Shown one piece after another: positions 24,600-38,293 of a stretch of DNA of 64,000 nucleotides. The position numbers and the translations under genes are program-made. Source of the DNA: Octopus vulgaris. Lineage: Eukaryota. The notes below the pieces were generated by a model. The model was not told the DNA's origin, made no database searches, and saw only the letters and a list, made by a program, of their open reading frames with translations. Where the stretch lies: the NCBI GenBank assembly GCA_951406725.2, contig OX597819.1:30008001-30072000 (forward strand), in the 5' to 3' direction. The stretch's first letter is position 1. Each line of letters opens with the position of its first letter.

Positions 24600-25870
24600 C
24601 AGATAATTTCGTTGGTTTCTTAAAATTTATTTTGATCCTTATTTTTCATCAATAATTTTAAAACATCAGTCAATCATATATCCTTTTTTCGTTGTTCACT
24701 TCTTGCCAACTTTCCACTAGCTTTTCAATGTCTTAATGTTAGAAATCACCTGATCTTGACTCAAAATCATCACTGATCCACGTTTTCTGCTCCACTCCGT
24801 CGTTGAACGAAACACTTTGCAGGCTGTAATTGTTTTCAAACATCTCGTAACAGATGAGCCTTTCCTAATCCCACCAAAGACAGATATTTTTTTTGCATGA
24901 ATACAAGCTGACTTGGCTCCAGTTATTGTTTGCTTGCCGGAACTCACTCGTTCTTTCCTCTGCTGTTAATGGAAGCACTCCGTCGGTTACGACGATGAGG
25001 GTTCCGGTTGATCCGAATCAACGGAACAGCCTGCTCGTGAAATTAACGTGTAAGTGGCTGAGCACTCCACAGACACGTGCACCCTTAACGTAGTTCTCGG
25101 GGATATTCAGCGTGACACAGAGAGTGACAAGGCCGGCCCCTTGAAATACAGGTACAACAGAAACAGGAAGTAAGAGTGAGAGAAAGTTGTGGTGAAAGAG
25201 TACAGCAGGGATCACCACCATCCCCTGCCGGAGCCTCGTGGAGCTTTTAGGTGTTTTCGCTCAATAAACACTCACAACGCCCGGTCTGGGAATCGAAACC
25301 GCGATCCTATGACCGCGAGTCCGCTGCCCTAACCACTGGGCCATTGCGCCTCCACTCCTCTGCTGTATATTGACATAAATACACCAACTTCATCGCCGGT
25401 GACCATACGGTGAAGAAATTTCTGTTTGTGTCCACGAGGAGGCTGATGTCGAGTGTACAAACAGACACTCTTTCGTTTAAATCGTGTGGAAGCTATGAAC
25501 TGAGTTCTGGGACCTTACCTATGGAGTGAATGTGACAAGCAACGGTATCATGAGAGCTTCTTTTCTACTAGACCAATTTCCTAATGGATTGGTGGAAATT
25601 CATGTGGATGAGCTCGTTCTATTAATCCGCATTGACCTGAACAGTCGGACGGAACGCGGAGAATCTGTGAGATCGAATTTTCCCTCTTTGAAACGTGAAA
25701 ACTATTTCTGTATAGTTCTTTCGGTAATAGAGTCTTCTCTATTCACAGCACAAATGTCTCGAGCGGCTTTGTCAGCTTTGGAACTATGACTGAAAGCGAA
25801 GAGTAGCAGATTTCGAAAATGCACATTCTTCTTCTCTAGCACTTCATCGCCATATTTCTGAAGATAGGTA
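24600..25870 (-). pseudogene. decayed mariner transposase (N-terminal HTH region) interrupted by a SINE
   Basis: Minus-strand translation HFRNLLLFAFSHSSKADKAARDICAV...ITERTIQK*FSRFKEGKFDLTDSPRS resembles Mos1-type HTH; stops and frameshifts present. Confidence 0.7.
24967..25355 (-). mobile_element. SINE family A, tail type 4
   Basis: 11-bp TSD TCCTCTGCTGT at 24956-24966 and 25356-25366; near-identical to 39477-39865 and 55824-56192. Confidence 0.9.
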
Positions 25871-26753
25871 AACACTTATTCAAATTTCAAAAACGATAAA
25901 CAAAAGTTGTAGAGGAAGAACAAAGCTACAAAAAAAAAGAAGACAAAACACAATCACAAAAATATTTTTTATGTTAATTCAACACGAAATGCTCGGCGGT
26001 ATTTCGACCTTGTTTACATTCTGAGTTTAAAATTCTACCGAGGTCGACTTTCATCTCTTTCGGGCTCGATGTAATAGGCAGCAAGTTGTGCACTGGGGTC
26101 GATGTAATCGACAAAAGCCCCTACCATAAAAATTTCTGGCCCTATACTTTGAGTTCAAAGGAATACCTAGTAGATGTTCCTAACACTATATTTAACTATG
26201 TATATGCGTAAATACGTCATGATGTTTACGATGTCCTACAATTCACGATGCTAAAATTACTGGAAACAGATTTATTTTTAAGATATAACTAACCAACATT
26301 ACATGAACAGACTTTTTAGATTTTAGAAGAATGACACTTAGGTAAACAAGAAGCCCATCCCTATAGCAGTCTGTTCACACGTTTTCTCTCTCTATTCCTC
26401 TTTCTTTCTTTCCTTCTTTCTTTCTTTCTTTCTTTCTGTTCTTCGATTATTCCTGCTTTCTTCCAATATCTCCCTCACGCATGATCTCCTTCGTATCTCT
26501 GATCACCTTATCTAACACTTATAAAAACATTCCTGCATGTGTGTGTATTTGTATGTGTGTGCTTTACGTGTGTGTGTGTGTGTGTTCGTGTGTGTGTGTG
26601 TGTGTGTGTGTTTGTTCGTGTGTGTTTGTGTGTTTATGCGTGTGTGTTTGTGTGTTTGTGCGTGTGTTTGTGTGTGTGTGTGTGCGCGCATGCGTATGTT
26701 TGTGCATGCGTGTATGTACACGCGTGTGTATGACTATATAGAAATACACACAC

Positions 26754-26794
<41 letters not shown>

Positions 26795-26814
26795 CATGTA
26801 TATATGTATATACG

Positions 26815-26879
<65 letters not shown>

Positions 26880-27159
26880 CAATGGGTGAATGGATTATCC
26901 TATGTTTACCGTTAACATGGAAAATTCAATAAACCGTTACCAGGATAGCAAAATTCACGTCAGAAACACGGTTGAAGTGACCTATCCAAAGGTAGAAACT
27001 CCGTGTTAATGTACGGTAACTTGAGTGTTATAAATGAATAACTAAATACTTAAATAACGTTCTGTTAATGATGTACGCAGTCATCGTAATTGTTATAATG
27101 TCTTGTTGTTGAGAGAGGCTCTCTTTCTTTCCTGATGAGAAGATTGCATTTTACACCGT

Positions 27160-27770
27160 TTATTCCTTTGGAAATCTTTTAAATGGCATCCATTTTCAGC
27201 TTCACCCATCCGTGCCCTTTCCAAAATATGTTTTATGACAGCTATAAGGGTTTGTGGGTCCAGTTCCTTGAATTCTCTAGTGATATTCTCCTTCAATTAT
27301 TCCAAGATTTCTGGTTTGTTGACATAAACCTTCCTCTTAAGGTACACCCACAAGTCAGGGCCTGTCGAATCTGGGGAACGCGCTGACCAGTTGACATCAC
27401 AATAGCGAGAGATGATTTTTTCTCCAAAATATTTTCTCAGCAACTGTATTTTCTCTACTTGCTGTATGAGCAGTTGTCTCATCTCGCTGGAGCCACATAT
27501 CGGGCCTAATTTGAATGGCTGGGCGCAAAAAGTTCTCGATCATTGGCCCGTACCACTCGCCAGTCACAGTGACAGCATTCCTATCATCATTCTCAAAGAA
27601 ATAAGGCGCGTTTTTCTCATCTACCGTAATTGCAAACCATCCTGTACACTTTAAGGGGTGCAATTTTTCTTTGGTGCTCTTTGATTTTGATAGAATTTCA
27701 GCTGTTGGGTGCGTTGTACGGTGCCATATTTTTCCGTAATTAATTTTCAGGACATAGTCCATAAAATCCC
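27160..27770 (-). pseudogene. decayed Tc1/mariner-superfamily transposase, catalytic domain
   Basis: Fragments PYFFENDDRNAVTVTGEWYGPMIENFL, MWLQRDETTAHTA and WSARSPDSTGPDLWVYLKRKVY match the QQDGAxxH / WPxxSPDL motifs; frameshifted. Confidence 0.8.
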
Positions 27771-27883
27771 TGAAAAGTAAAAAAGGTCAAAAAGTAAAAG
27801 AATTATCAAAGATTGCAATCCCTCAGTGACTTTTGTGCCACCACCACCACCACCACCACCACCACCACTATATATTTACATAT

Positions 27884-28114
27884 AAGGCGGCGAGCTGGCA
27901 GAAACGTTAGCACGCCGGGCGAAATGCTTAGCTGTATTTCGTCTGCCGTTACGTTCTGAGTTCAAATTCCGCCGAGGTCGACTTTGCCTTTCATCCTTTC
28001 GGGGTCGATTAAATAAGTACCAGTTGCGTACTGGAGTCGATGTAATCGACTTAATCCGTGTGTCTGTCCTTGTTTGTCTTCTCTGTGTTTAGCCCTTTGT
28101 GGGTAGTAAAGAAA
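27884..28114 (+). mobile_element. SINE family C, young copy
   Basis: Same tail as 13320-13552; TSD-like TATATATTTAC on both flanks. Confidence 0.85.
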
Positions 28115-28333
28115 CTTATATATTTACGTATGCATAAATACATGCTTACATACTTATTCAAATATATTCATGTCAGCTTGACATCACATACCTAATTATT
28201 CGTATTTCCCGTTCCTGATCGTCAAACTATATACTTTGTACCCAGTCTCCATAAACATGAATAACTCACACACTTTGGCATTGAGTACAGTTTTGAACTG
28301 TTTATCTTACCTATGTACTCTATATACATACAG

Positions 28334-28413
<80 letters not shown>

Positions 28414-28494
28414 TTGTATATATATATATATGTATATATATGTATGTTTGTATATATATATATATGTATATATATGTATGTATGTATATATATA

Positions 28495-28615
<121 letters not shown>

Positions 28616-28777
28616 TGATGTAAATATGCCATTTGAATATGGCTAACCCCTAAGGGTGGATACTACTGTAGTTTTTAGCCCCAGGAAGACATCTCCTCCA
28701 GCTAGCTATAGACACACTTTCTGTGCCCTATCAGTATTTGCAAAGGAAGCCATCCTTCCCGTCTTCAACTTATGATA

Positions 28778-28822
28778 CACACCGACCCGAGTTTCAAGGT
28801 ATTGACCTATCATCAGCGTGTG
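28778..28822 (-). ncRNA. minimal hammerhead ribozyme
   Basis: CACACG-CTGATGA-T-AGGT CAAT ACCT-T-GAAA-C TCGG G-TC-GGTGTG. Confidence 0.75.
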
Positions 28823-29006
28823 ACAATCACAGTTGTCGATAGGAATGAGGTTCTCTCTACAAATACATATACTCTTTCCAGTGTTCAGTGACACTGATAT
28901 TTATCATGGTTTGATTTCAAAAGTGAAATCAAACCATGATAAATATCAGTGTCACTGAACACTGGAAAGAGTATATGTATTTGTAGAGAGAACCTCCTTC
29001 CTATTG

Positions 29007-29049
29007 ACACGCTGATGATAAGTCAATACCTTGAAACTCGGGTCCGTGT
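29007..29049 (+). ncRNA. minimal hammerhead ribozyme
   Basis: ACACG-CTGATGA (29012-29018)-stem II-GAAA (29033-29036)-CTCGG-GTC-CGTGT; stem I ACACG/CGTGT; GUC cleavage triplet. Confidence 0.78.
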
Positions 29050-29389
29050 GTATCATAAGTTGAAGACGGGAGGGATGGCTTCCCTTTGCAAATACTGATA
29101 GGGCACAGAAAGTGTGTCTATAGCCAGCTGGAGGAGATGTCTTCCTGGGGCTAAAAACTACAGTAGCATCCACCCTTAGAGGTTAGCCATATTCAAATGG
29201 CATATTTACATCACGATGTGTTTCTGCTACTGTTGATAACTCACTCTGATATTTATCATGATATATATATATATATATGCATTATTCAAAGAAATTCCAA
29301 CTCTGTTTTTTTATGTTTTATTTTTATTCTTTATAATATTAATGTAGAATATAGAATATATAGTATTTACTGTGAAAATCTTTATATAT

Positions 29390-29650
29390 AGCCTGCACAG
29401 AGAGTCGTTCGTCGAGGGGCGGTGCCTGCCATACGTTGATAATAGGCAAACACCTTGAAACCTAGGTCCGTATGTGGCATCCGCTTCTTCGGGGAATGAT
29501 CTCCCTTTGCAGGCTAGAGGACGCCGTGATGGCGTCAGCCCTCCTGGTGACGTTGATGATCGCCTGGGGTTAAATGCATCAGTAACACCCCCACCGCCCT
29601 GCCCTGTCCCTAGCCACATTCAGATGGCTAACGTCCCTTATGTGATAGTA
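29390..29650 (+). mobile_element. diverged member of the ~300-nt HHR unit family
   Basis: HHR at 29430-29474: CATACG-TTGATAA-TAGG CAAACA CCTT-GAAA-CCTAG-GTC-CGTATG with palindromic ACCTAGGT. Downstream CCTGGGGTTAAA..CAGTAACA and AGCCACATTCAGATGGC match 29143-29201. Confidence 0.7.
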
Positions 29651-29838
29651 TGAATAATATATATATTAAAATGAAATGAAGTATTGATTGTCTTATAGAA
29701 TAGATGAAATATTGAATATAAAACATTGAGGGACTAGTATACTTTCTAGCATTAAAGCAGTCTTCAAGGTCCCAGGTTGTGACAGGTGTGTTTCAACTCC
29801 TGGTATGTATGTGTGTGTGTGCGTGTGTGTGTGTGTGT

Positions 29839-30144
29839 GGAGGCACAATGGCCCAGTGGTTAGGGCAGCGGATTCGCAGTTGTAGGATCGCAGTTTCGAT
29901 TCCCAGACCGAGCGTTGTGAGTGTTTATTGAGCGAAAACACCTAAAGTCCCACGAGGCTCCGGCAGGGGGTGGTGGCGATCTCTACTGTACTCATTCGCC
30001 ACAACTTTCTCTCACTCTTTCTTCTGTTGGCCTGCTCGCTTAGCCAGCGGGGTGGCGTCATTTGAAGGCTAAAACAATGCGAAGTGCATTGTGACCAGCG
30101 ATGTGTAGCAACATCTGACAGCCTGGTCGGTCACGGTGATCAGG

Positions 30145-30150
<6 letters not shown>
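29839..30150 (+). mobile_element. SINE family A, tail type 3
   Basis: Matches 20522-20820; lies between (TG)n and (TA)n. Confidence 0.85.
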
Positions 30151-30197
<47 letters not shown>

Positions 30198-30559
30198 GCA
30201 CACACACACACACTCACATGCACACGCATACACATGTATGCATATATTTTTTTTAATAGCAAATACTCATGATGTATTTATAGACCATTGGAGAAGTAAA
30301 TCCGTAATCCGCCAGGGGATGGTCACCGAAGCAAGTGTAAAAATGCAATAAATAAATAACTTCATAAAATGCTGAAATGCTCTTCAGACATTGTATGTAT
30401 GTATGTATGTATATATGTATGTATGTATCGTCGGCCAGAAGTAGCCGGAAGTTTGAGACTATTCAAAGCTGCTGACTATGTTTATGTTTGTAGCGAAAAT
30501 TGTTTCCTGGCGGGCGCTTATTTCTCCCATCTGATTTTTAAAAATGGTTCTTTGTGCCA

Positions 30560-32921
30560 TGCATAGTGAGATCGAGAATGAACATTTCAATATTTATTTT
30601 AATGCATCTAGGCGGGTCAGAAGCCCAGGACACGAGTGTGTTGAATACACTGTTGTCTAAAGGAAGATTTACTCTTGAGACATACGCTGTAGTACCCAGC
30701 ATACTTTGCGTCTGAACCTGCTTAGAGGTTTTAAGAATAAATACGAATGCATTCACTCCCGATCTCACGTCACAAACAATGAATGTATTTTCTCTTATTT
30801 TACAATTATAATGACCTAAAGGTGTTTCTACTCTACAGACCACTAATAGTTGCAGCTGCCACTTCTCATTGTTATCTATGCAACTTCATCAGGGACTATC
30901 CTATTGGCCAATCTCAAAGCGAACTGAGTGGAGTTAGTTTTTTTGTTGGTTAGTGTTCGGGCGGGGGGCGGTTATGTTGGAACTGAAGCCTGGTCTGTTT
31001 GCAGGCTCGTGTAGTTGACCTCAAATTCACACCAGTCTCTGTTTGAAGTTAGGGTTCGGTCTGTTTAGGTCAAAATAAAGATTAGTATGTTTGCATGGTC
31101 CTTTGTTCATTTTAGTGAGTGTGCCGCAGTTTTGATTCCGGGTGTAGTACCTGCAGCGAAAAGTCTTTAATTGTTCATATATTATTTTTATGGTTGCATT
31201 GCTGATGTTTTGCGTTGTAGATTAGATATGGTATATGTCAGTTAGTTAGGAGGCGGGTATTAATTTTTTTAGGTTCAGGGTATGTTCTTCTATCCGTCAT
31301 ATTATACTCAACTGTGGGTGGGATATTGGCTATCAAGAAACATCATTATACATTTTAAAAGTCTTGCCGTGTTTGTGCAAGCATCTTAAGGCCTGTTCGG
31401 GGCTTGTATTTAGTAATGTGTTTGTTTAAGTAAATATTAGGTATAATTCTTCTATACACAAGTCGCATCTATTCCCCCTACTCTATATGATTTAGCTATA
31501 CTAATTATTTCCCACACTATAGAATAGCTATGGCTTTTGTCTATAATTGACCAGATTAGTTTGCTTAAGCTAGTATTATTTATTTTTTCCTATTGCTAAA
31601 AGAATTTAAGTGATTAGTGAGTCGCCTCCTGAAATTAAGAGAGCTACCTCCTATATAAAAGTATGTCCTTCCCTCAAAGGTGATTTTGCATCTATAGACC
31701 AGGATTTTATTAAACATCTAGAGTCTAACGTGCATACTGTATCCCTAACACAGTTGCATAGATTTGATTCCCTATTTCTATTATTTATTATGTTATGGTC
31801 TCCACCAGGAGCTTCTTCTGGTTTTCTTTCTCTCGGTCCAGTAATTATTTCTGAATTACCTATGCATAGATGTTTGCATGCTGGTATTTCTAGCGGTTCG
31901 CGCTCCTAGTCTTATGGATGTATCATAATGTGTTACAGTTGTTTCCTTTTGACCGCTGGCTCTTAGGTCGCCACCCCTCCTCCCTCTAGGGCATGTTATT
32001 TTGGCTTCAGTACCTAAGTTCCTTGTGTTGTTAATTATCTCTTCCCTATCATCAGGATTCGGATTACAAGAATTTCCGTTGATGGCTTCCCTATTCTCGT
32101 TTAGTGTACTGTTATCACCGGTCCCCGGGAAGTGGGATAGCCTTCCCGCATTGTGTGCTGCAGTTATTTAGAAAATATTACGGCTTGTGGAGAAGGTGAG
32201 TCGTACATTATGTGTATTAGATATTTTATGATACTTGCTAGACTTGGGAAAGTGTTTTTTAGTTGCTGTGTAGAACAGTCTTGGAATGTTAGATATTATC
32301 TGTTTCCCGAATGCTGCATTATACCACAATGTAGTCATAGAACTACTAGAATTGGTATATATAGGTATTGTCTGGTTTTTAGTGTTAGTGCTTTTCATGT
32401 TTCCGTGGTGTCTTCTCGGGTGTGTAAGTCGCTTACTTTAGTATTTCCTTGTTGCATTTTATGCATGTGTGCATCCAGGGTGGTCTACTTCATCTCCAAT
32501 GTACGGCGTACTATAGTATCTGTCGTTGTTTCGGCCATTTAGTTTTATGTGAGATTCTTTTGTGTTCACTGTTTTGTTGAATCCTATGTCCCCATTCTTC
32601 CCTGATTTTGTTGACTTCTTCCTCATATGGGGATTTGCTAGATTTTATGCGTGTTTTTGTAATTAGGTATCGGTCAGGTAAACTTATATCTATTTTGGTT
32701 TGGTTCCCCTGGTTGAATTACTCTTTTACTTGTTTCAGTCATTTGACTGCGGCCATGCTGGAGCACCGCCTTTAGTCGAGCAAATCGACCCCGGGACTTA
32801 TTCTTTGTAAGCCCAGTACTTATTCTATCGGTCTCTTTTGCCGAACCGCTAAGTGACGGGGACGTAAACACACCAGCATCGGTTGTCAAGCAATGCTAGG
32901 GGGACAAACACAGACACACAA

Positions 32922-32952
<31 letters not shown>

Positions 32953-33545
32953 CATATATACGACAGGCTTCTTTCAGTTTCCGTCTACCAAATCCACTCA
33001 CAAGGCATTGGTCGGCCCGGGGCTATAGCAGAAGACACTTGCCCAAGATGCCACGAAGTGGGACTGAACCCGGAACCATGTGGTTGATTAGCAAGCTACT
33101 TACCACACAGCCACTCCTGCGCCTAATATTAATTTTTCTTTGTATCTTACCTCTTCTTGCGCTCTGTTATAGTAATCCTCGTTTGACTTAAATACCTCCT
33201 CGTTAGCTGATAGATTTGATATGTGGGTGGAAATGTTTGTGACTATAGATTGGGTTATGTATTTGGGGAGATTGCTTTCGTGGTGAATATATCTAAGGTT
33301 TTCGTTAGGTTTGAACAGTGCTTAGGTCTAATGTAACATCCAAGAAGTTGACTGCAGTGTGCTACTCCTCTATAGACATGGAAAGTTCTATGCCTTTGAA
33401 GAACTTGAATAATTCTTTTCCTATTTCTTTCCATTTCTACGTTGGAAGGATTAAGCAAGGTGAATAGCGCTTCATCCCTATAAAGACCTCCTCCTACTTT
33501 GGGAAATTACTTGTTTATGCAGAATAAAATGTAAATTCTACCATA
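30560..33545 (-). pseudogene. decayed Penelope-like element (Naiad-type RT + GIY-YIG), interrupted by SINE B
   Basis: Minus-strand fragments GGGLYRDEAL (RT YxDD region, ~33470-33500), VNFLDVTLD, CNCVRDTVCTLDSRCL, YFYIGGSSLNFRRRLTNHLNSF and RCDLCIE; many frameshifts; decayed HHR at 30835-30897 (AGTCC-CTGATGA...AACTATTAGT-GGTCT). Confidence 0.78.
32719..33123 (-). mobile_element. SINE family B, young copy
   Basis: Near-identical to the reverse complement of 9607-10030. Confidence 0.9.
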
Positions 33546-34037
33546 TATATATCTGTGGAGATTTACTTGAGACTAAACAGCCATAACAATACAATTTTCA
33601 ATAACAATATAACCACCACACCACTAACAATACCCGTCCACCATCACAAACAGCTTTATCAACGCAACCCACATCACCACTATCGACCACTAACTTTTGA
33701 ATCTAACTAGCTACAACAGATATCAGCATGTACGCCAACACGAGTGTGCATGATTGCGTGTGGTGGTGGTGGTGGGGGGTGAGTGTGTTTATGTCTCAAG
33801 TTAGAAGGTACAAGGGGTGAATTGCTATAAAATCTGGTATCTCTTTAGCTAACTGTAATCATATAGTACCTTCTCTTCTTCAGTCCTTCATCTTTTCTTC
33901 TCATTTTCACCATTGCATCAATATGAATAAGAATTTTCCGTTCTCACAAACCAGATCTTTGCTGGGCCAATTTTTTTACTACATATTTATTGTGGATAGT
34001 TACTCGCCGCTGCTGTTGGATTTGTCTTTAATTTAAG

Positions 34038-35560
34038 ATGTCTGAAAAGAAGCTATTCTGTAGACCTGAAGTTAGTTGTACGAAAAAGAACCTTAAAAGA
34101 GTTACAGCGGATATTAAACTTAATGTTTTTAAAAAGATTGATGCGAAGTTATATTGTCAAAATATTAAATCTTACATCGTTAACTGTCCGAACTTTATTA
34201 TTCCATATATTTAATGTAGTGCTTAAAATGGAACAACTCTTGAATATATAAATTGAGGATCAGAATCGGCTAATTTACAGATAAACATGGTGATAATTCA
34301 AAAAGAAACTATGACGATTTGCAGAAAATAGAAGGGGAAACTTCTACTGCAAAACCTTTTTTGGCTAGTAAAGGCTAGTTTGAAAGACTTAAAAAACACA
34401 TGAATTAACACAACGTAAAAATAACTGGTGAAACTGCGAGCGAGCGCTGATACAGTGGCTGCTACAAATTATCCCGGGAAGCTAAAGAAAATGATAGTAG
34501 AACCGGGATACACAATAGAGCAAGTACACAATGCTGATGAGACTGCGCTTTTCTGGAAGTACATGCCAGCTAGAACATTTATTTCTCGAGAAGGAAAATC
34601 AACACCATGATCTAAAGCTTCCAAAAATAGTCTGACACTTCTTTTGGGAGGAAACGCTGCTGGCATATGAAATTAAAGCCCCTACGTGTGTGTCACTTCG
34701 AAAATCTAAAGGCCTTCAAGAGTTACACGAAGTGTACTCTACCTCTGATTTGGTATTCAAATAAGAAAGTATAGATGATTGAGAACCTTTTCAAAGAGTT
34801 GTTTACAAACGTTTTTTGTCCTGCAGTGGAAAAGTACATTGCCAGACATACTATATCCAACAAAGCATAGCTTCTTTTAGACATTATACCCGGCCATCCA
34901 AATGACATTTAGCCGACCTCTCTGATAATGTGAGAGTCGGATGTATCCCCAAGAAAGCCGCTTTTTTGCACCAGCCAATGGATAAAAGTGTGACAGCTAA
35001 TTTCAAGTCATATTATATAACAACTTTCAAACAACTTATGAAAGCAACTGGCAAGGGTGATAAACCTATAGTCAGAGATTTTTAAAAGAAATTCAATGCA
35101 TTGGATGCTGTGGGTAATATACCTGATTTATATAAAGAGAAACTGTCAACTTTGAATAATGCTTGGAAAAGTATATGGCCAGACTGTATCCGTGACATTA
35201 CAAGTTTTCAAGTAGAATGTCTACACCAAATTTGGCAAGATATTGTGACACTTACAAAGAGCGTAGGATTTTAAAAAGTTATACAGGATGATGTTAATTG
35301 AGTTGTAAGTGTCCCAGAGAGAAAGTTAGGAGGGGCTGATACAGTTAGAAAAAGAACAAGCTTCTACACCACTTAAACAGACAACAAAATTCATTGTTAA
35401 AGGGTTGACATTTATAGACGAAAGTCTGCAGGTTTTCGTTGATAATGATGCTAATCGTGAACATAACATAAAAATTACAAGTGGAGTTGAGAATGAGCTA
35501 ACTTCCTGTACAAAGGGATGTTGCATCATAAACAACAAACAACTTTAGATAAGAGGTTCA
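34038..35560 (+). pseudogene. decayed pogo/Tigger (CENP-B-like) transposase
   Basis: GYTIEQVHNADETALFWKYMPARTFIS and LTLLLGGNAAG motifs, QPMDK motif near 34972; multiple stops; possible right TIR near 36226-36248. Confidence 0.82.
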
Positions 35561-35661
35561 CCTCTCAATCTGATGTTCATGATAATGAACTATAAGATAG
35601 TAAATATTGTCTCTCATGCTCCTAGTAACGTCACCTCCCCTTACAGAGTAGTCAACATCTT

Positions 35662-36023
35662 GGATCTTTTCGGTTTGAACGGCAGTTTTTTCTAGCGGTG
35701 TCATATGAAATTGTCACCCATAATTATGACCCTAGAATCGATCTATTGCATTTCAATCTGTTTTAGGGTTAGGGTTAGGGTTAGGGTTAAGGTTAGGGGT
35801 GGGGGAAAGGGTATCTTTTTTTCTCCAGAAGTGTAAATAAACCCAATCTGTTTCTTAAACGAGGGACATATTTATACGGCACAGAATGTTTTTTACCTCA
35901 ATGGAAGTAATTGATTGGTTGAAATTGCAGAAATTGAAGAAAAAAACAACAACAAATATCTTACAAACTGTAGAATTTTCTCAATAAAGCCAAGGGAAAA
36001 AGATGTTTTATAAACACATTCTA
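35662..36023. mobile_element. TTAGGG-MITE lacking right TIR
   Basis: Left TIR identical to the 1970 copy; shorter TTAGGG tract at ~35763-35799. Confidence 0.88.
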
Positions 36024-36302
36024 TACTCTATCATGTTTGTTTAGAAATAGTTATTTTCATGCATAAAGATGATCGAGTTGCTTGTTCTCTGTTGTCTTCC
36101 TGTGCTTTTTTTTAATTGAAGCTATGAATAGGAACGCAATTTTACTTGATAAGAAAATCAATGGGGAAAATTAATTTCGCATTACAGAATTTCGTCTTAC
36201 GGCCGGATTTTCAGGAAAACACTACTTCTGTAAAGCGTGGAATACCTATATACATGATAGATAGAAATAATAGATTATTTTAAATATACATGTGTGTGTA
36301 TG

Positions 36303-36359
<57 letters not shown>

Positions 36360-36443
36360 AGCTGTATATATATATATATATATATCCAGATTTATCAACC
36401 CCTTCTAATAAAGGACGAAGATAATTATTTCAAACTATATATA

Positions 36444-36752
36444 TATCACCGTGATCACCGTGACCGACTTGGCTATCAGATGTTGCTACACATCGCTGGT
36501 CACAATGCGCTTCGCATTGTTTAGCCTTCAAATGATGCCACCCCGCTGACTAAGCGAGCAGGCCAACAGAAGAAAGAAAGAGAGAAAGTTGTGGCGAAAG
36601 AGTACAGCAGGGATCGTCACCACACCCTGTCGGGGCCTCGTGGAGCTTTAGGTGTTTTCGCTCAATAAACACTCACCACACCCGGTCTGGGAATCGAAAC
36701 CGCGATCCCACGACCGCGAGTCCGCTGGCCTAACCACTGGACCATTGCGCCT

Positions 36753-36754
<2 letters not shown>
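36444..36754 (-). mobile_element. SINE family A, tail type 3
   Basis: Reverse complement of 29839-30150. Confidence 0.85.
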
Positions 36755-36792
<38 letters not shown>

Positions 36793-37677
36793 TTGCATAA
36801 CATGAAAAATAATAAATAATTTGAAAACCAAAGCATGACTTAGTTAATCCATTCAATATCCTTACGTTCCATTTGCATGCACACGTAGGGTGTGTGTTTG
36901 AGAGAGAAAGAGAGAGAGAGAGCATGTTTGTTGGTGTGTGTGCTGTGCTCTAAATCCTTACCATTTCCTAACAAGATACATTCAATATTTAAATTTAAGG
37001 CAATGCACATACGCTACGCTCTATTTAGATACCTACAACAATATTGTCATTGGTATATGACTTTTAGAATTTCCAACTTTAAACTTGGAAACTCTATACA
37101 ATATGCTTCGCTTTTCTGAACCTCAACTCTTTGATAAAGTCTCGGAGTCCTCGTGGCAACATACAGCGTATCTTGTGCATTTTAACACCTGCCGGGCTTC
37201 ATCTCTCTCAAGAATACATAGAGTATAGAACTGTATAGAATACAACATGACAAGCAAATACTGCAATGGCTGTGTTATTTATTCTCATGAACAAATTATA
37301 ATTATATCTGCCACCCTTAAATAGAATGTTTTAAACAGACACAAAAATGAAACAGTATTTTAAAAGGTTTTTCCTGACATTACAAACAGGATCTCCAACA
37401 TGTGTAATCGGATAACTAATCCGGAAATTAAAAGTTTGGTAGCTTCGACAGATTTCTCATCAGCAGAAACCTAAACGACAGTTTACTTTCAGTTTTATTC
37501 GATAAGACATTAAACCCCTCGATTCCAAACAATGATTACAAATTCTGCCCACACTCTTCGACGTTTCTCTGGTAATTGATTTAATATAATGCAAAACGCT
37601 TCACTTCTAAATCTAATCTATTTAACGGATGTTTTCTGTGCATATATACACAAACACACACACACACACACATATAC

Positions 37678-37752
<75 letters not shown>

Positions 37753-37772
37753 TATATATGTATGTATATGTA

Positions 37773-37928
37773 TAGTGGCTGTATGGTAAGTAGCTTGCTT
37801 ACCAACCACATGATTCCGGGTTCAGTCCCACTGCATGGCAACTTGAGCAAGTGTCTTCTTCTATAACCTCGGACTGGCCAAAGCCTTGTAAGTGAATTTG
37901 GTAGACAAAAACTGAAAGAAGCCCATCG

Positions 37929-37930
<2 letters not shown>
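37773..37930 (+). mobile_element. SINE family B, head module only
   Basis: 5' half of family B ending in (TA)n with no tail module. Confidence 0.8.
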
Positions 37931-37985
<55 letters not shown>

Positions 37986-38224
37986 CTCTTTTACTATCCT
38001 ATATCTCTCTCCACCCCTACACACTCAATAATACTATAAAAAGAGACAAATCTCCTGAAACAATTCAATCAGAAGAATCCACTAGATTGGATGCAAGCGC
38101 TAATATATGATCTATAAAAACATGTGACTCGTAATAAAAATCTGTAAATATAAAACCATCCAGATTTCTGAGTACCTTATTTCTTCTAATATATAATACC
38201 TGTACATCATCTCCAAACCTTCTA

Positions 38225-38284
<60 letters not shown>

Positions 38285-38293
38285 ATATATATA

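Noticed and set aside
29520-29562. SECIS-like hairpin (GTGA...ATGA) in the HHR unit
   Set aside because: No apical AA, not conserved in the sister units, and no upstream ORF.
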